Shown in pieces: positions 33,036 to 40,999 of a stretch of DNA of 40,999 bases. The notes beneath the pieces are model-generated. The model had not been told where the DNA came from, did not search any database, and saw only the letters and a program-made list of their open reading frames with translations. The translations under genes were made by a program, and so were the position numbers. The stretch's first letter is position 1, and each line of letters begins with the position of its first letter. The stretch comes from a virus, in the IMG/VR virus record IMGVR_UViG_3300018910_000004, positions 1 through 40,999 of that record; one strand, 5' to 3'.

Positions 33036-33893
33036 TCATGTTAATTTAATATCGGCTGCTCTTCTTACTCTTCGTAAAGACTGCAGACGTGAATTTGTAG
33101 TTTGTTGTAATCGTTCAATAATCCTTGAAATAGAAGGTATATTACCACCTTCAGGATTAACATTGGTTGTATATTTATAATACTTACTTCGGTCAGCCTC
33201 CATATCCTCATAGGCTTGAAGTCTCATAAGATCTAATATCAAGTCATCTAAAAACTCAGGAATTTCAGCTAATTTCTGAAACATTTTATCAGCATAAAGT
33301 CGCATGACATATCCAGTTGGAGGAAGTCCGCTGAATATAATTTGCTTTGCTCGTATAGTCCAGCTTCGGGGAGAAAACACTACGTTTCCTGCAGTATCTA
33401 AAAACTCAATATTATTTACTCGCTGTACACCTGTAGGAAAAGAATATTTCCAAGTATTAACCAGAGGACTTAGTGATTCATCAATAACCTCATTATAAGT
33501 GTGTGGATAGAGTTTATATATTGCAAGCTGTAAATACATTGAAATATCGTCGTTGGTAAAGAAATAATTAGCGGGATTAGTATCACGCATTTTTCGTCTA
33601 AAACGAGTGTGCATAATTGTAGTTCCTGCTTGAAAAATATCAGAATAACTTGAGTAAGCAGAGGATAAGGAAATCTTATATCTGAATCTATAATAATGAT
33701 CTGCGGTTCCTGTATTGTCTAAATAAGAAGTAAATCCGGTACTTAAATCTGTGGCTTTAGATGTGTCAATAGCCAGATTAGTTACAATATCAGCCATGTC
33801 GCTGCCGTTAGCAGCCAAACCTCGTTGTATTTCAATCTGATCATATGTTGTAACCAGATCTTTTGGATTACGAATATCTATTATTTCTGCCAT
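33036..33893 (-). CDS. Structural protein (285 aa), possibly an adaptor or tail component
   Basis: Position within the tail module only. Confidence 0.5.
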   Translation of the reverse strand: MAEIIDIRNPKDLVTTYDQIEIQRGLAANGSDMADIVTNLAIDTSKATDLSTGFTSYLDNTGTADHYYRFRYKISLSSAYSSYSDIFQAGTTIMHTRFRRKMRDTNPANYFFTNDDISMYLQLAIYKLYPHTYNEVIDESLSPLVNTWKYSFPTGVQRVNNIEFLDTAGNVVFSPRSWTIRAKQIIFSGLPPTGYVMRLYADKMFQKLAEIPEFLDDLILDLMRLQAYEDMEADRSKYYKYTTNVNPEGGNIPSISRIIERLQQTTNSRLQSLRRVRRAADIKLT

Positions 33894-33901
33894 AAATGTA
33901 T

Positions 33902-36703
33902 TTAAACTTTTTCAGGTTTATCACGACTTATAATCATTCCTGTGGGCTTATCATTATCTCGCACCATACCTGTCGGTTTATCACGTTCACTTACCATCAT
34001 ATTCCCTTTATCACGGTGCGAAATCATCCCCTCAGGAATGAAAGCCTGTATTCCCCGGATAGCTCCCTGAATGAGTCCAGGAATACCTGCTGTAATTCTA
34101 TTAAACACTTTTTCTATAGTGTCTGTCAAGGTAATAATTTCTGAAAATATCTTGCTAATAACCATACCAAATACCTCTCCTATGCTTAGATTTTCAATAA
34201 ACGTCTTATAAGTATTCTTCATAAAAGTCTCTACTATAGATATGGTCTCAGAAAATATAGTACCTATATTACGAGTAATAGTATCAGTTATATTTATTAT
34301 CTCCTCAAATATTAGCTGAGAAATATTTATAAATACATCGGAAATAGTTAAAACTTCTGCAAATACTCTGTTCATAGATCTCTCTATAATGTCTCCAATA
34401 GAAATAACTTCTGTTAATATTCGATTCTGAGCTCTTTCAAACGAGTCAGATATAGAGATAATTTCAAGTGCCATCGCTCTTCCTATGTCCTTTAGAACAG
34501 TATCGGAAACTGTAATACTTTCAGAAATCATACGAGAAACAGATCGTATAAATTCTTCCGTTAATGTTATTACTTCAGTAAGATTTTTAGCCATTACTCT
34601 TTCAAAACTATCAATGATGGATATTGTTTCTTGTAATAGACGTGCAGGATTACGAATTATACTATCAACTAATAAAATAGTTTCTGAAAATATACGAATA
34701 CTTGATTTAACTATGCTATCAGTAAGAGAGATTGACTCAGTAAAAATCTTTTCTAAAAAGGTAATAAGTTCATCCGTAACTGTAACTACCTCTGATAATA
34801 TACGTCCCGGTATTTTAGCGAACATATCTGTTATAGAGACAATCTCACTCAACAACCTACTAGAATATTTATTAATAGTGTCAACAATGGTGATTGGATC
34901 AGTCAGAACACGAGTAAAAGCTCTCGTAAAAGTATCAGCTACAGAAATAACCTCATTTAGTAATTTTGTAGCATTCTTAAGAAGAGTATCGTTAATTGAA
35001 ACTGATTCATTTAATAATCTATTAGGACGTTTGCTTACTGTATCAATGATAGGAATTGTCTCATTTAAAAATCTAGTAGGCAAACGTAAAAATACCTCTG
35101 TTAAAGTAATTGTTTCAGTTAATGTCTGCGTATAAACTCCACCAGAAGATATGATAAACGATCTAACTTCTGACCAATAACCATATTTATTCAAACCCGA
35201 TGGATCTTTACCTCTTACACGCCAATAATAAGTACCTGCTGTTAAAGCAGTTCCATACAATACTTCAAACCACTGACTTACAGCACCGCTTGTCGCCCAT
35301 GTTGTACCATTAAATATTCTAACCGTTTCATAAGCTACGCTTCCGGAACCTTTCCATACATAATTATCAGCACCATACGATCCAGTCCTATCCAAAACAA
35401 TCCAATAATATGTACCTGCTGTTAAAATAGTAGATCCTGAGAAGTAAAAAGTATATGTCAAACCCATCTGCTCTCCTGCAATAGCATTCATGGTTGATCC
35501 AGGGATAGTATTTGCGGTTTCCAATAATGTTCCTGGTTCGCCTGCATTATCGGTAAATATACTTACTTTAGCATGATCTGTTGGAATATTAGTGGTGTTT
35601 CGAGCCAATCTAAGACTAACAGCCGCTAGATCGCTTGTTGTCGCAGGAGTAAATCGTTGAGCTCTTTTCTGAGCCGTTACTGTACCCGTACCATAAGATC
35701 CTGTAGCTTGATAATTAGAAGTATTAACAGATAGAATAGCATTTGGATCTACTGTATATGCTATCTTTTCTCCTGAATTAAAAGGAGAGGTGTCGGCTGG
35801 GGTTACTGTATTTAAAAATCCCGTATGTAAATCAGATCTTCTATCTAATATAGGAATAAATACAGGATTAAATGTAACTAATCCGTGCATCACAATTTCA
35901 GTTCTGACTGTCCACGACATCGTTACATTATCGTCTCCCACCTTTTCACTGGATGCCATTCTGTTATCTACTACGGTATCCGATACAGCCAAAAGGACTT
36001 GATCTGCGGAAGTAGGATAAGGAGCTATTCCAGTACCATTGTCCGGAAGTCCAATCATATCTAAAACCATTGATCCTTCTAAACTCGTTATAGTAGTAGA
36101 TAAAGTAGACACATTACCTTTATTTTCAATATGGTGATAATAAAAGGGATTAGTTTGATTTACATTAAAATATGATGCAATAACTGCTTGAACTCCTTGT
36201 GTGTTTGTATTAAAAGTTCGAGTAATAACGACATTTGCAGTTCCAACTGTAGGAGCTGTTAGAAACCACCAGCTAATACCAAATGCGCTATTATCATCTG
36301 GTCTATCTAATAATTGATTTAGTTTAGTTAGTGCAACTCCACCATATGTCACACTGGACATAGAACCACCTCTTGACATAATACCTACTACTAAAAGCCT
36401 ATTATTTCCTGAACTTACAGTATGACTAATAGATACCGTAGACGTAGTAGAAGCTCCACCTTGAGTAACTCTGTCTCGAATAACTGGTAAAAAAATAGAC
36501 TGTTCATCTATCTGAATTTGATAATCAATACTATGTGCCTGCGTATCAATTCCTGTAAATTCTAAATCGGGAGTAGTATCAGATATTGTCGCAGCATCAA
36601 GAGGAGTATTTAAATCAACAGTAACATTTTCGTCAAGAATAATCTTATCACCATTCTCTAAAAGTAATCTATCAGAATCTTGTTTAAGTAAGTAGTTTGG
36701 CAT
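33902..36703 (-). CDS. 933-aa tail fibre/spike-like protein with an internal tandem-repeat array
   Basis: N-terminal LLLENGDKIILDE motif, two TAGTYYW beta-sandwich-like segments, then the repeat array. Confidence 0.7.
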   Translation of the reverse strand: MPNYLLKQDSDRLLLENGDKIILDENVTVDLNTPLDAATISDTTPDLEFTGIDTQAHSIDYQIQIDEQSIFLPVIRDRVTQGGASTTSTVSISHTVSSGNNRLLVVGIMSRGGSMSSVTYGGVALTKLNQLLDRPDDNSAFGISWWFLTAPTVGTANVVITRTFNTNTQGVQAVIASYFNVNQTNPFYYHHIENKGNVSTLSTTITSLEGSMVLDMIGLPDNGTGIAPYPTSADQVLLAVSDTVVDNRMASSEKVGDDNVTMSWTVRTEIVMHGLVTFNPVFIPILDRRSDLHTGFLNTVTPADTSPFNSGEKIAYTVDPNAILSVNTSNYQATGSYGTGTVTAQKRAQRFTPATTSDLAAVSLRLARNTTNIPTDHAKVSIFTDNAGEPGTLLETANTIPGSTMNAIAGEQMGLTYTFYFSGSTILTAGTYYWIVLDRTGSYGADNYVWKGSGSVAYETVRIFNGTTWATSGAVSQWFEVLYGTALTAGTYYWRVRGKDPSGLNKYGYWSEVRSFIISSGGVYTQTLTETITLTEVFLRLPTRFLNETIPIIDTVSKRPNRLLNESVSINDTLLKNATKLLNEVISVADTFTRAFTRVLTDPITIVDTINKYSSRLLSEIVSITDMFAKIPGRILSEVVTVTDELITFLEKIFTESISLTDSIVKSSIRIFSETILLVDSIIRNPARLLQETISIIDSFERVMAKNLTEVITLTEEFIRSVSRMISESITVSDTVLKDIGRAMALEIISISDSFERAQNRILTEVISIGDIIERSMNRVFAEVLTISDVFINISQLIFEEIINITDTITRNIGTIFSETISIVETFMKNTYKTFIENLSIGEVFGMVISKIFSEIITLTDTIEKVFNRITAGIPGLIQGAIRGIQAFIPEGMISHRDKGNMMVSERDKPTGMVRDNDKPTGMIISRDKPEKV
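33905..34030 (-). repeat. C-terminal short repeats of about 10 residues around RDKPTGM
   Basis: SHRDKGNMMV / SERDKPTGMV / RDNDKPTGMII / SRDKPEKV. Confidence 0.6.
34094..35122 (-). repeat. 19 tandem copies of a degenerate 18-residue (54-nt) coding repeat
   Basis: Hand-parsed units such as LNETIPIIDTVSKRPNRL, LNESVSINDTLLKNATKL and LSEIVSITDMFAKIPGRI. Consensus: (L/F)xEx(I/V)x(I/L)xDx(F/I)x(K/R)xxx(R/K)(I/L). Confidence 0.8.
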
Positions 36704-36716
36704 ATCATATTATTTA

Positions 36717-37361
36717 TTAAGCCCATCCTCCTGACTCAACAAATGAGCTTGCACCAATTTCATAAAAACGTATATAGGAACCAACCTTTGTTAAGTTAGT
36801 ACCTGTTGGATTAGCTGAGAAATTAATTTGAGGAGTAATCGTACCACCTAATGTAAAACGTGCTATTCCTTGAAAGTTAATAATAGTCCAAGCCGCTGCA
36901 GATGTTGCATTAATTACTTTAGAAGCTACTCCTGATACATGAGTATTACTCTGAGCTGTAGATATAGTATTTTGGGCAGCTGACCAAAGTTCTGCTAGAT
37001 ATTCAAATGAGGATACAGTGGCACCAGCTAAAGCAAATGCCATAGCCGTTGTATGAGTTGTAATTCCTGTATTCAATATATATTGACCATCAAACAAATA
37101 TGTCGTAGAGGCTTTAACAGTTAAAACGTCTCCTGTGGCTGGAAATACCGACTGCACTCCGGCAGCAGCAGCTAATGTAAAATCAGCAGAAGGAGCTGAG
37201 ATCTGCATCATGGGTAATACAAAATTAGAATTAATAGCTAAATTCTCTAAAGATATTTTTTGCGAAGTGGGAGTTCCGGCTGGATCATCAACTATAGGAA
37301 TTACATCCGTTGTTTCCGGTGTTGTCATTGCGGTTAATGCTGTTATTTTTTGATCTGCCAT
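36717..37361 (-). CDS. Fibre-like structural protein (214 aa)
   Basis: N-terminal KITALTAMTTPETTDVIPIVDDPAGTPTSQKISLENL, a pattern common at phage fibre N-termini, from memory. Confidence 0.55.
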   Translation of the reverse strand: MADQKITALTAMTTPETTDVIPIVDDPAGTPTSQKISLENLAINSNFVLPMMQISAPSADFTLAAAAGVQSVFPATGDVLTVKASTTYLFDGQYILNTGITTHTTAMAFALAGATVSSFEYLAELWSAAQNTISTAQSNTHVSGVASKVINATSAAAWTIINFQGIARFTLGGTITPQINFSANPTGTNLTKVGSYIRFYEIGASSFVESGGWA

Positions 37362-37394
37362 ACATAATTAGTTCTAAATAAATATTCATAAAAA

Positions 37395-37991
37395 TTAACT
37401 TACTTGGAATTTCCAAGTTATTGTTAAGGAATCTCCATTTACAACGTTAATTGCAGAAAATACTTGTCGCGCTAATAATACTCCTCCTGTAGCAGCATTT
37501 AGTACGCCTGACTCAGTTACGGCTACAGTTCCTGTTACGGTAAATTGGTTAGATAATTGAGCAGTATCATTAGTTACTGTAGTGGTAACACGAGAAGCAG
37601 TTGCGTTAGCACGAGATAATCCTGAAGCTGCAAGTTCGGTTTGTAGAGCAGTGTCTCCAATAGCTGCAGCAGTCGTTCCAGTACCCATTGCAATATAAGT
37701 GAAAGCAGCTTCTCCGCCTGCTCCATTTATACGAGAAGCAACTCCGGCTTTACCTGCGCTTGTCACTAAATTTGCTAAGATTTTTTTATCAGCTAAACCT
37801 CCAAGTAAAAAAGATAGAGGAGATCTGTACAATTTAGAAGATGGGGATAAGATATTATGTTTTATTAAATAACGAGAGAGTTTGTTTTCTTGAAATAATT
37901 GTTTAATATTGCCGTCTTTATCACGAAGTTCAAATTCAATATTGTATTTCATCTTCATGCGACCGCCGATAAGTTTGTTTGGTGTATTCAT
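37395..37991 (-). CDS. Structural protein (198 aa)
   Basis: ATGA overlap with the upstream gene. Ala/Thr/Gly-rich and beta-like. Confidence 0.5.
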   Translation of the reverse strand: MNTPNKLIGGRMKMKYNIEFELRDKDGNIKQLFQENKLSRYLIKHNILSPSSKLYRSPLSFLLGGLADKKILANLVTSAGKAGVASRINGAGGEAAFTYIAMGTGTTAAAIGDTALQTELAASGLSRANATASRVTTTVTNDTAQLSNQFTVTGTVAVTESGVLNAATGGVLLARQVFSAINVVNGDSLTITWKFQVS

Positions 37992-38275
37992 TTTATTGTT
38001 TGTCCTTCTAAGGAAACTTTTAATTTATCAACATTCTCTTGTATTTCTTCATTTTCTCTATCCTGTTTTGCCGATCTAAGAGCTTGTTCGTGATCCGAAT
38101 TAAATGTACGTATATATCGTTTTAATTGATTTCTTAGTTCTTTTTCAGGAATCTTATTATCAAATCCCAATATACGTGTCTCCACTACTTTGTTTGATTT
38201 TAAAATATTAACAGTAACAGATACTGTTTTATCAACATCTGAATGTCTTATAGATGCAATTCGTAATGTAAACAT
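37988..38275 (-). CDS. Small structural-module protein (95 aa)
   Basis: Track ORF, first gene after the post-capsid promoter. Confidence 0.5.
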   Translation of the reverse strand: MFTLRIASIRHSDVDKTVSVTVNILKSNKVVETRILGFDNKIPEKELRNQLKRYIRTFNSDHEQALRSAKQDRENEEIQENVDKLKVSLEGQTIK

Positions 38276-38281
38276 AATTTA

Positions 38282-38311
38282 ATATTAATCTTTTTATTTT
38301 CTTTTTGTCAA
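38282..38311 (-). promoter_or_regulatory. Sigma-70 promoter with a near-leaderless start
   Basis: Minus strand reads TTGACA, 18 nt, TAATAT, 6 nt, then ATG 38275. Confidence 0.5.
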
Positions 38312-38334
38312 GTGATCTTTATAAGCATTTTATA

Positions 38335-38373
38335 GGAAGCGTGTGCAACCGCCCGTAGTTAACACATGCCTCC
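38335..38373 (-). terminator. Stem-loop downstream of the major capsid gene, possibly an attenuator
   Basis: 11-position stem on the minus strand (9 Watson-Crick, 1 GU, 1 mismatch) with a 17-nt loop, followed by A/U-rich sequence. Confidence 0.35.
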
Positions 38374-38390
38374 TAAAAATCCTCAAGTGA

Positions 38391-39296
38391 TCATCTTGCG
38401 GACTCCAAACGTTTCATGAACGTTTGATTTAAGATAACGGCTTTAAGATATGCTTTCCATGCGATTGAAGTTTTAACTTCATATTCATCACCGTGTCCAC
38501 CCGGAGGTGTTACCACGACTTTGAAATCACCCGGAAGCAATCTAGCTATACCGAACGCATTTTCTCCAAGAACTATAGATCTATCAACCACAACCGATCC
38601 TGCATTCGTTACCGAAGCAGCAGTTGAAGTAACAATCATCTTTACTCCGTCGACGTTTACTAACTCACCTGTGAAGGTAGGATTCTTGCCAACTAAGTAA
38701 CGAGTAGCTTCTCTAAAAGCAGTATCCTTCATTAAGTTTGTCTTAACATAAGGAGATATGATAGCCATGTATAAGTCATTTATACGTGGTGTATCAGCAG
38801 CTTCAAGATCTTCAACCGTATTTAAGATGTCATCAAGATCTAATTTATCACCGGAAACTAAGTCATTTCTGCTAGCCTTACCATTAGCATATTCTACGTT
38901 AGTACCTGCGAACAGGACGTCTCGTACTTTTTCGTTAATGGTTTCCCCAGCGTTTTGTCCAACAAGTTTTTTAAATTCGTTAGGCAAATCTAGGAAAGAT
39001 GTTTTATCTAACATCTCGGTCATCTCTATACCATTACCCCACAACTCAAGAGTTGCAGTCACAGTTACGTTGGTAACAGTTTCAGGACTCCAAGCAGGAG
39101 ACTCTGAAAGAGCAGAAGATGGGATTGAGAGTTTTGCAAATCTCAACCAAGAAGCGGTTTTACCCTTTCTTTCCATCGTTAAATCCGGTGCACCAAATTG
39201 AGTATAAATCAATTTAGGTTTAGCGTATTCCAATGTCTTTCGCACTACAAATACTTGCAGTGTATCTGCGCCATTGGTTGTTGTCATTTGTGCCAT
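38391..39296 (-). CDS. Major capsid protein, HK97 fold (N4 gp56-like family by resemblance)
   Basis: 301 aa with an AAAGGAGGTGA RBS, immediately after the scaffold-like gene. The sequence flavour (..LWGNGIEMTE.., ..YMAIISPYV.., ..GENAFGIARL..) is typical of this family. Confidence 0.8.
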   Translation of the reverse strand: MAQMTTTNGADTLQVFVVRKTLEYAKPKLIYTQFGAPDLTMERKGKTASWLRFAKLSIPSSALSESPAWSPETVTNVTVTATLELWGNGIEMTEMLDKTSFLDLPNEFKKLVGQNAGETINEKVRDVLFAGTNVEYANGKASRNDLVSGDKLDLDDILNTVEDLEAADTPRINDLYMAIISPYVKTNLMKDTAFREATRYLVGKNPTFTGELVNVDGVKMIVTSTAASVTNAGSVVVDRSIVLGENAFGIARLLPGDFKVVVTPPGGHGDEYEVKTSIAWKAYLKAVILNQTFMKRLESAR

Positions 39297-39320
39297 GTTT
39301 TTTCACCTCCTTTCATAGTA

Positions 39321-40007
39321 TTATTTTGCCAAATTAGCTTTAACCTTATTAGCCTTTTTTTCCAGTTCATCTAAAGGTATATTCCAGTCATTCTGACCAG
39401 GATCACCTTCAGGTTCTGCTGCGGCATTAGGGTTTATAGCTGCAGGAGTAGGAACATTCCCTGTTTTATCGTTAGGAGCAGGCGGATTATTTTGACTGCC
39501 TAAGCTGTCTACATAATCTGCAATCTTTTCCTCAATATCCAATAAGGCATTCTCGGCATTAAGTGACAAGAACGAACTTTCTTGAGCATAAGCCCAAGGA
39601 TTTCGACGAATAGCATTCACTGACTCAGCGGGAAGTTCAGGATATAAATCCAAAACTCTTTCTAGCCCACTTCTTAAATCAGCACTCGCCATTTTCATTG
39701 CCATTCCATATTGCGTTTTCGGATCATTAAAATCCGGTTCGGCATTTGGATCTTGGTTATTGTTTCCACGATTTTGAGGTGCGGTTCCATTACGCCGGGC
39801 ATCAATGAGCTGCTTGTTTAAAGCCTTTAATTGCTTTTCATAATCAGCAATTTTAGTATCCCTAGGATCGGAAGACTGCCCACTCTGATTTCCGGGATCT
39901 CCTTGATCAGATGTTGGATTAGCGCCCTGGGTTCCTGGATCGGAATAACCTGGACTACCACCACCCGGATTTCCTGCGTTAAAATCATTTGCGTTGTTGT
40001 TTTCCAT
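39321..40007 (-). CDS. Scaffolding protein candidate (228 aa)
   Basis: Start moved to ATG 40007 behind AAAGGAGGTG. Disordered G/N/P/Q-rich N-terminus plus a helical C-terminal half. Directly upstream of the capsid gene. Confidence 0.55.
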   Translation of the reverse strand: MENNNANDFNAGNPGGGSPGYSDPGTQGANPTSDQGDPGNQSGQSSDPRDTKIADYEKQLKALNKQLIDARRNGTAPQNRGNNNQDPNAEPDFNDPKTQYGMAMKMASADLRSGLERVLDLYPELPAESVNAIRRNPWAYAQESSFLSLNAENALLDIEEKIADYVDSLGSQNNPPAPNDKTGNVPTPAAINPNAAAEPEGDPGQNDWNIPLDELEKKANKVKANLAK

Positions 40008-40060
40008 ATATTTGACACCTCCTTTCTTTATACACAATTAGTAAATTGCGTATACATATG

Positions 40061-40090
40061 ATATTAAATGATAGATAAGAATAAAGTCAA
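40061..40090 (-). promoter_or_regulatory. Sigma-70 promoter for scaffold and capsid
   Basis: Minus strand reads TTGACT, 18 nt, TAATAT, then a leader of about 45 nt that contains the SD. Confidence 0.5.
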
Positions 40091-40093
40091 GGG

Positions 40094-40999
40094 CTATCTA
40101 TTGTTATATATCTCTCGTAACCTAATAAGCCTCTCGCTTTTCTCTTCTTCGGTTAATCTATTATCATTAATAATACTTTTTGCTTCGTCCTGTAAGCTCC
40201 GTAATTCCTTGTCAGATTTACTTCGTGTTTTCTTATTCATTTCAGCAGGCGAGACTTTCTGAGTCTTAAATCCTAGAGCATCAACAATCGCCTGTACCTT
40301 TCCACGAGTACGTCCTGCATAATCCGTTTTACCTTGGAAGGCTGGAATAAGTTTATCTTGTATAGTTCCAACAACAGTTGGCTGCATGGTTCGTTGAAAA
40401 TGTTTTATGCGTTCGCCTCTGGCAACCTCAGGAATATTTGATCGGGCAATAGGTTGTTGGGTATACGCATCAAAATTAGAAATCTGACCGATTGCCTCAG
40501 AAATAAATGGATTAACTGACAAACCAAATGGCAGTTTACCCTGTTCTCCTCCTAAGTCCTGAAAGTTACCCCATGGTAAGATATATGTCGGATCAAAAAA
40601 CTTATTACGTCCTTCTGCGTCTTTTGTAGGTAATCTAACCATGCCTCTCATTTCTTTAGGTCGGTCATCCTGATTAATACCTTCGTCAGATGATAAACTT
40701 TCAACAGCATCTTTTCCTCTATAATATTTTGTTATACGTTCAGGATTTTTTGCTGCAGTTTTAACGGTAAATGGAAGAGCTTGACGAGTAAAGGAATAAA
40801 AAGGAAAAGCCTTTCCTATCACATTACGCTCAGCAGCTCCAATCCTATATGGAGAAAATATTGCCTCCTCAGCTTTATTTGCAGCCTGTTTTAAAATCTC
40901 TACATCATTTAACGCATCATCATATGATTTACCTGCCTGCTTTGCTAGCTTATCTACCCATGTTTTAAATACAGATAACTTAGATGTTTCCTCAGTTAC
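40094..40999 (-). CDS. C-terminal part of the junction-spanning large virion protein (see 1..1786)
   Basis: The track ORF 40094..40822 starts at an internal GTG. The frame stays open upstream to 40999 (...KAEEAIFSPYRIGAAERNV-IGKAF...) and continues into 128..1786. Confidence 0.75.
   Translation of the reverse strand, partial: VTEETSKLSVFKTWVDKLAKQAGKSYDDALNDVEILKQAANKAEEAIFSPYRIGAAERNVIGKAFPFYSFTRQALPFTVKTAAKNPERITKYYRGKDAVESLSSDEGINQDDRPKEMRGMVRLPTKDAEGRNKFFDPTYILPWGNFQDLGGEQGKLPFGLSVNPFISEAIGQISNFDAYTQQPIARSNIPEVARGERIKHFQRTMQPTVVGTIQDKLIPAFQGKTDYAGRTRGKVQAIVDALGFKTQKVSPAEMNKKTRSKSDKELRSLQDEAKSIINDNRLTEEEKSERLIRLREIYNNR
40873..40999. repeat. Terminal direct repeat, right copy
   Basis: Identical to 1..127. 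Confidence 0.9.

Noticed and set aside
34485-35135. 216-aa plus-strand ORF
   Set aside because: It is antisense to the 18-residue repeat array. The periodic sequence keeps the opposite strand open by chance.
28080-36703. Diversity-generating retroelement targeting the tail genes
   Set aside because: There is no reverse transcriptase gene anywhere in the closed genome, and I found no template/variable repeat pair.

Overview
The window is a complete tailed-phage genome. Bases 1..127 are identical to 40873..40999, so the unique unit is 40,872 bp and closes on itself, most likely as an assembly overlap. The sequence is AT-rich and densely coding, with two arms that diverge from a 0.5-kb non-coding control region at 9099..9646. 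The minus-strand arm runs 9098 down to 1, wraps to 40999, and continues down to 25557. It encodes small and large terminase, portal, two giant virion proteins (one with a GH19 lysozyme-like domain, one spanning the contig junction and missing from the ORF track), scaffold, an HK97-fold major capsid protein, fibre and tail proteins, and a lysis cassette with an M23 peptidase. The plus-strand arm (9647..25594) holds about 50 small early and middle ORFs, mostly unrecognisable. The ones I can call are an AAA+ ATPase with an HExxH-VWA partner, a GroES-like co-chaperonin, a GlsB/YeaQ/YmgE membrane protein, a PD-(D/E)XK nuclease, an Hjc-like resolvase, and HTH and zinc-ribbon proteins. I see no polymerase, primase, helicase, integrase, RNA polymerase, tRNA or CRISPR array. 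Most worth following up: a roughly 80-nt RNA with its own consensus promoter and terminator at 19411..19527; an adjacent GC-rich non-coding island; a family of near-consensus sigma-70 promoters with start codons 5-10 nt after the -10; an iteron-like dyad in the divergent region; the AAA+/VWA pair; and a 19 x 18-residue repeat array in a 933-aa tail protein. All protein calls come from motifs read by eye. No database search was run.
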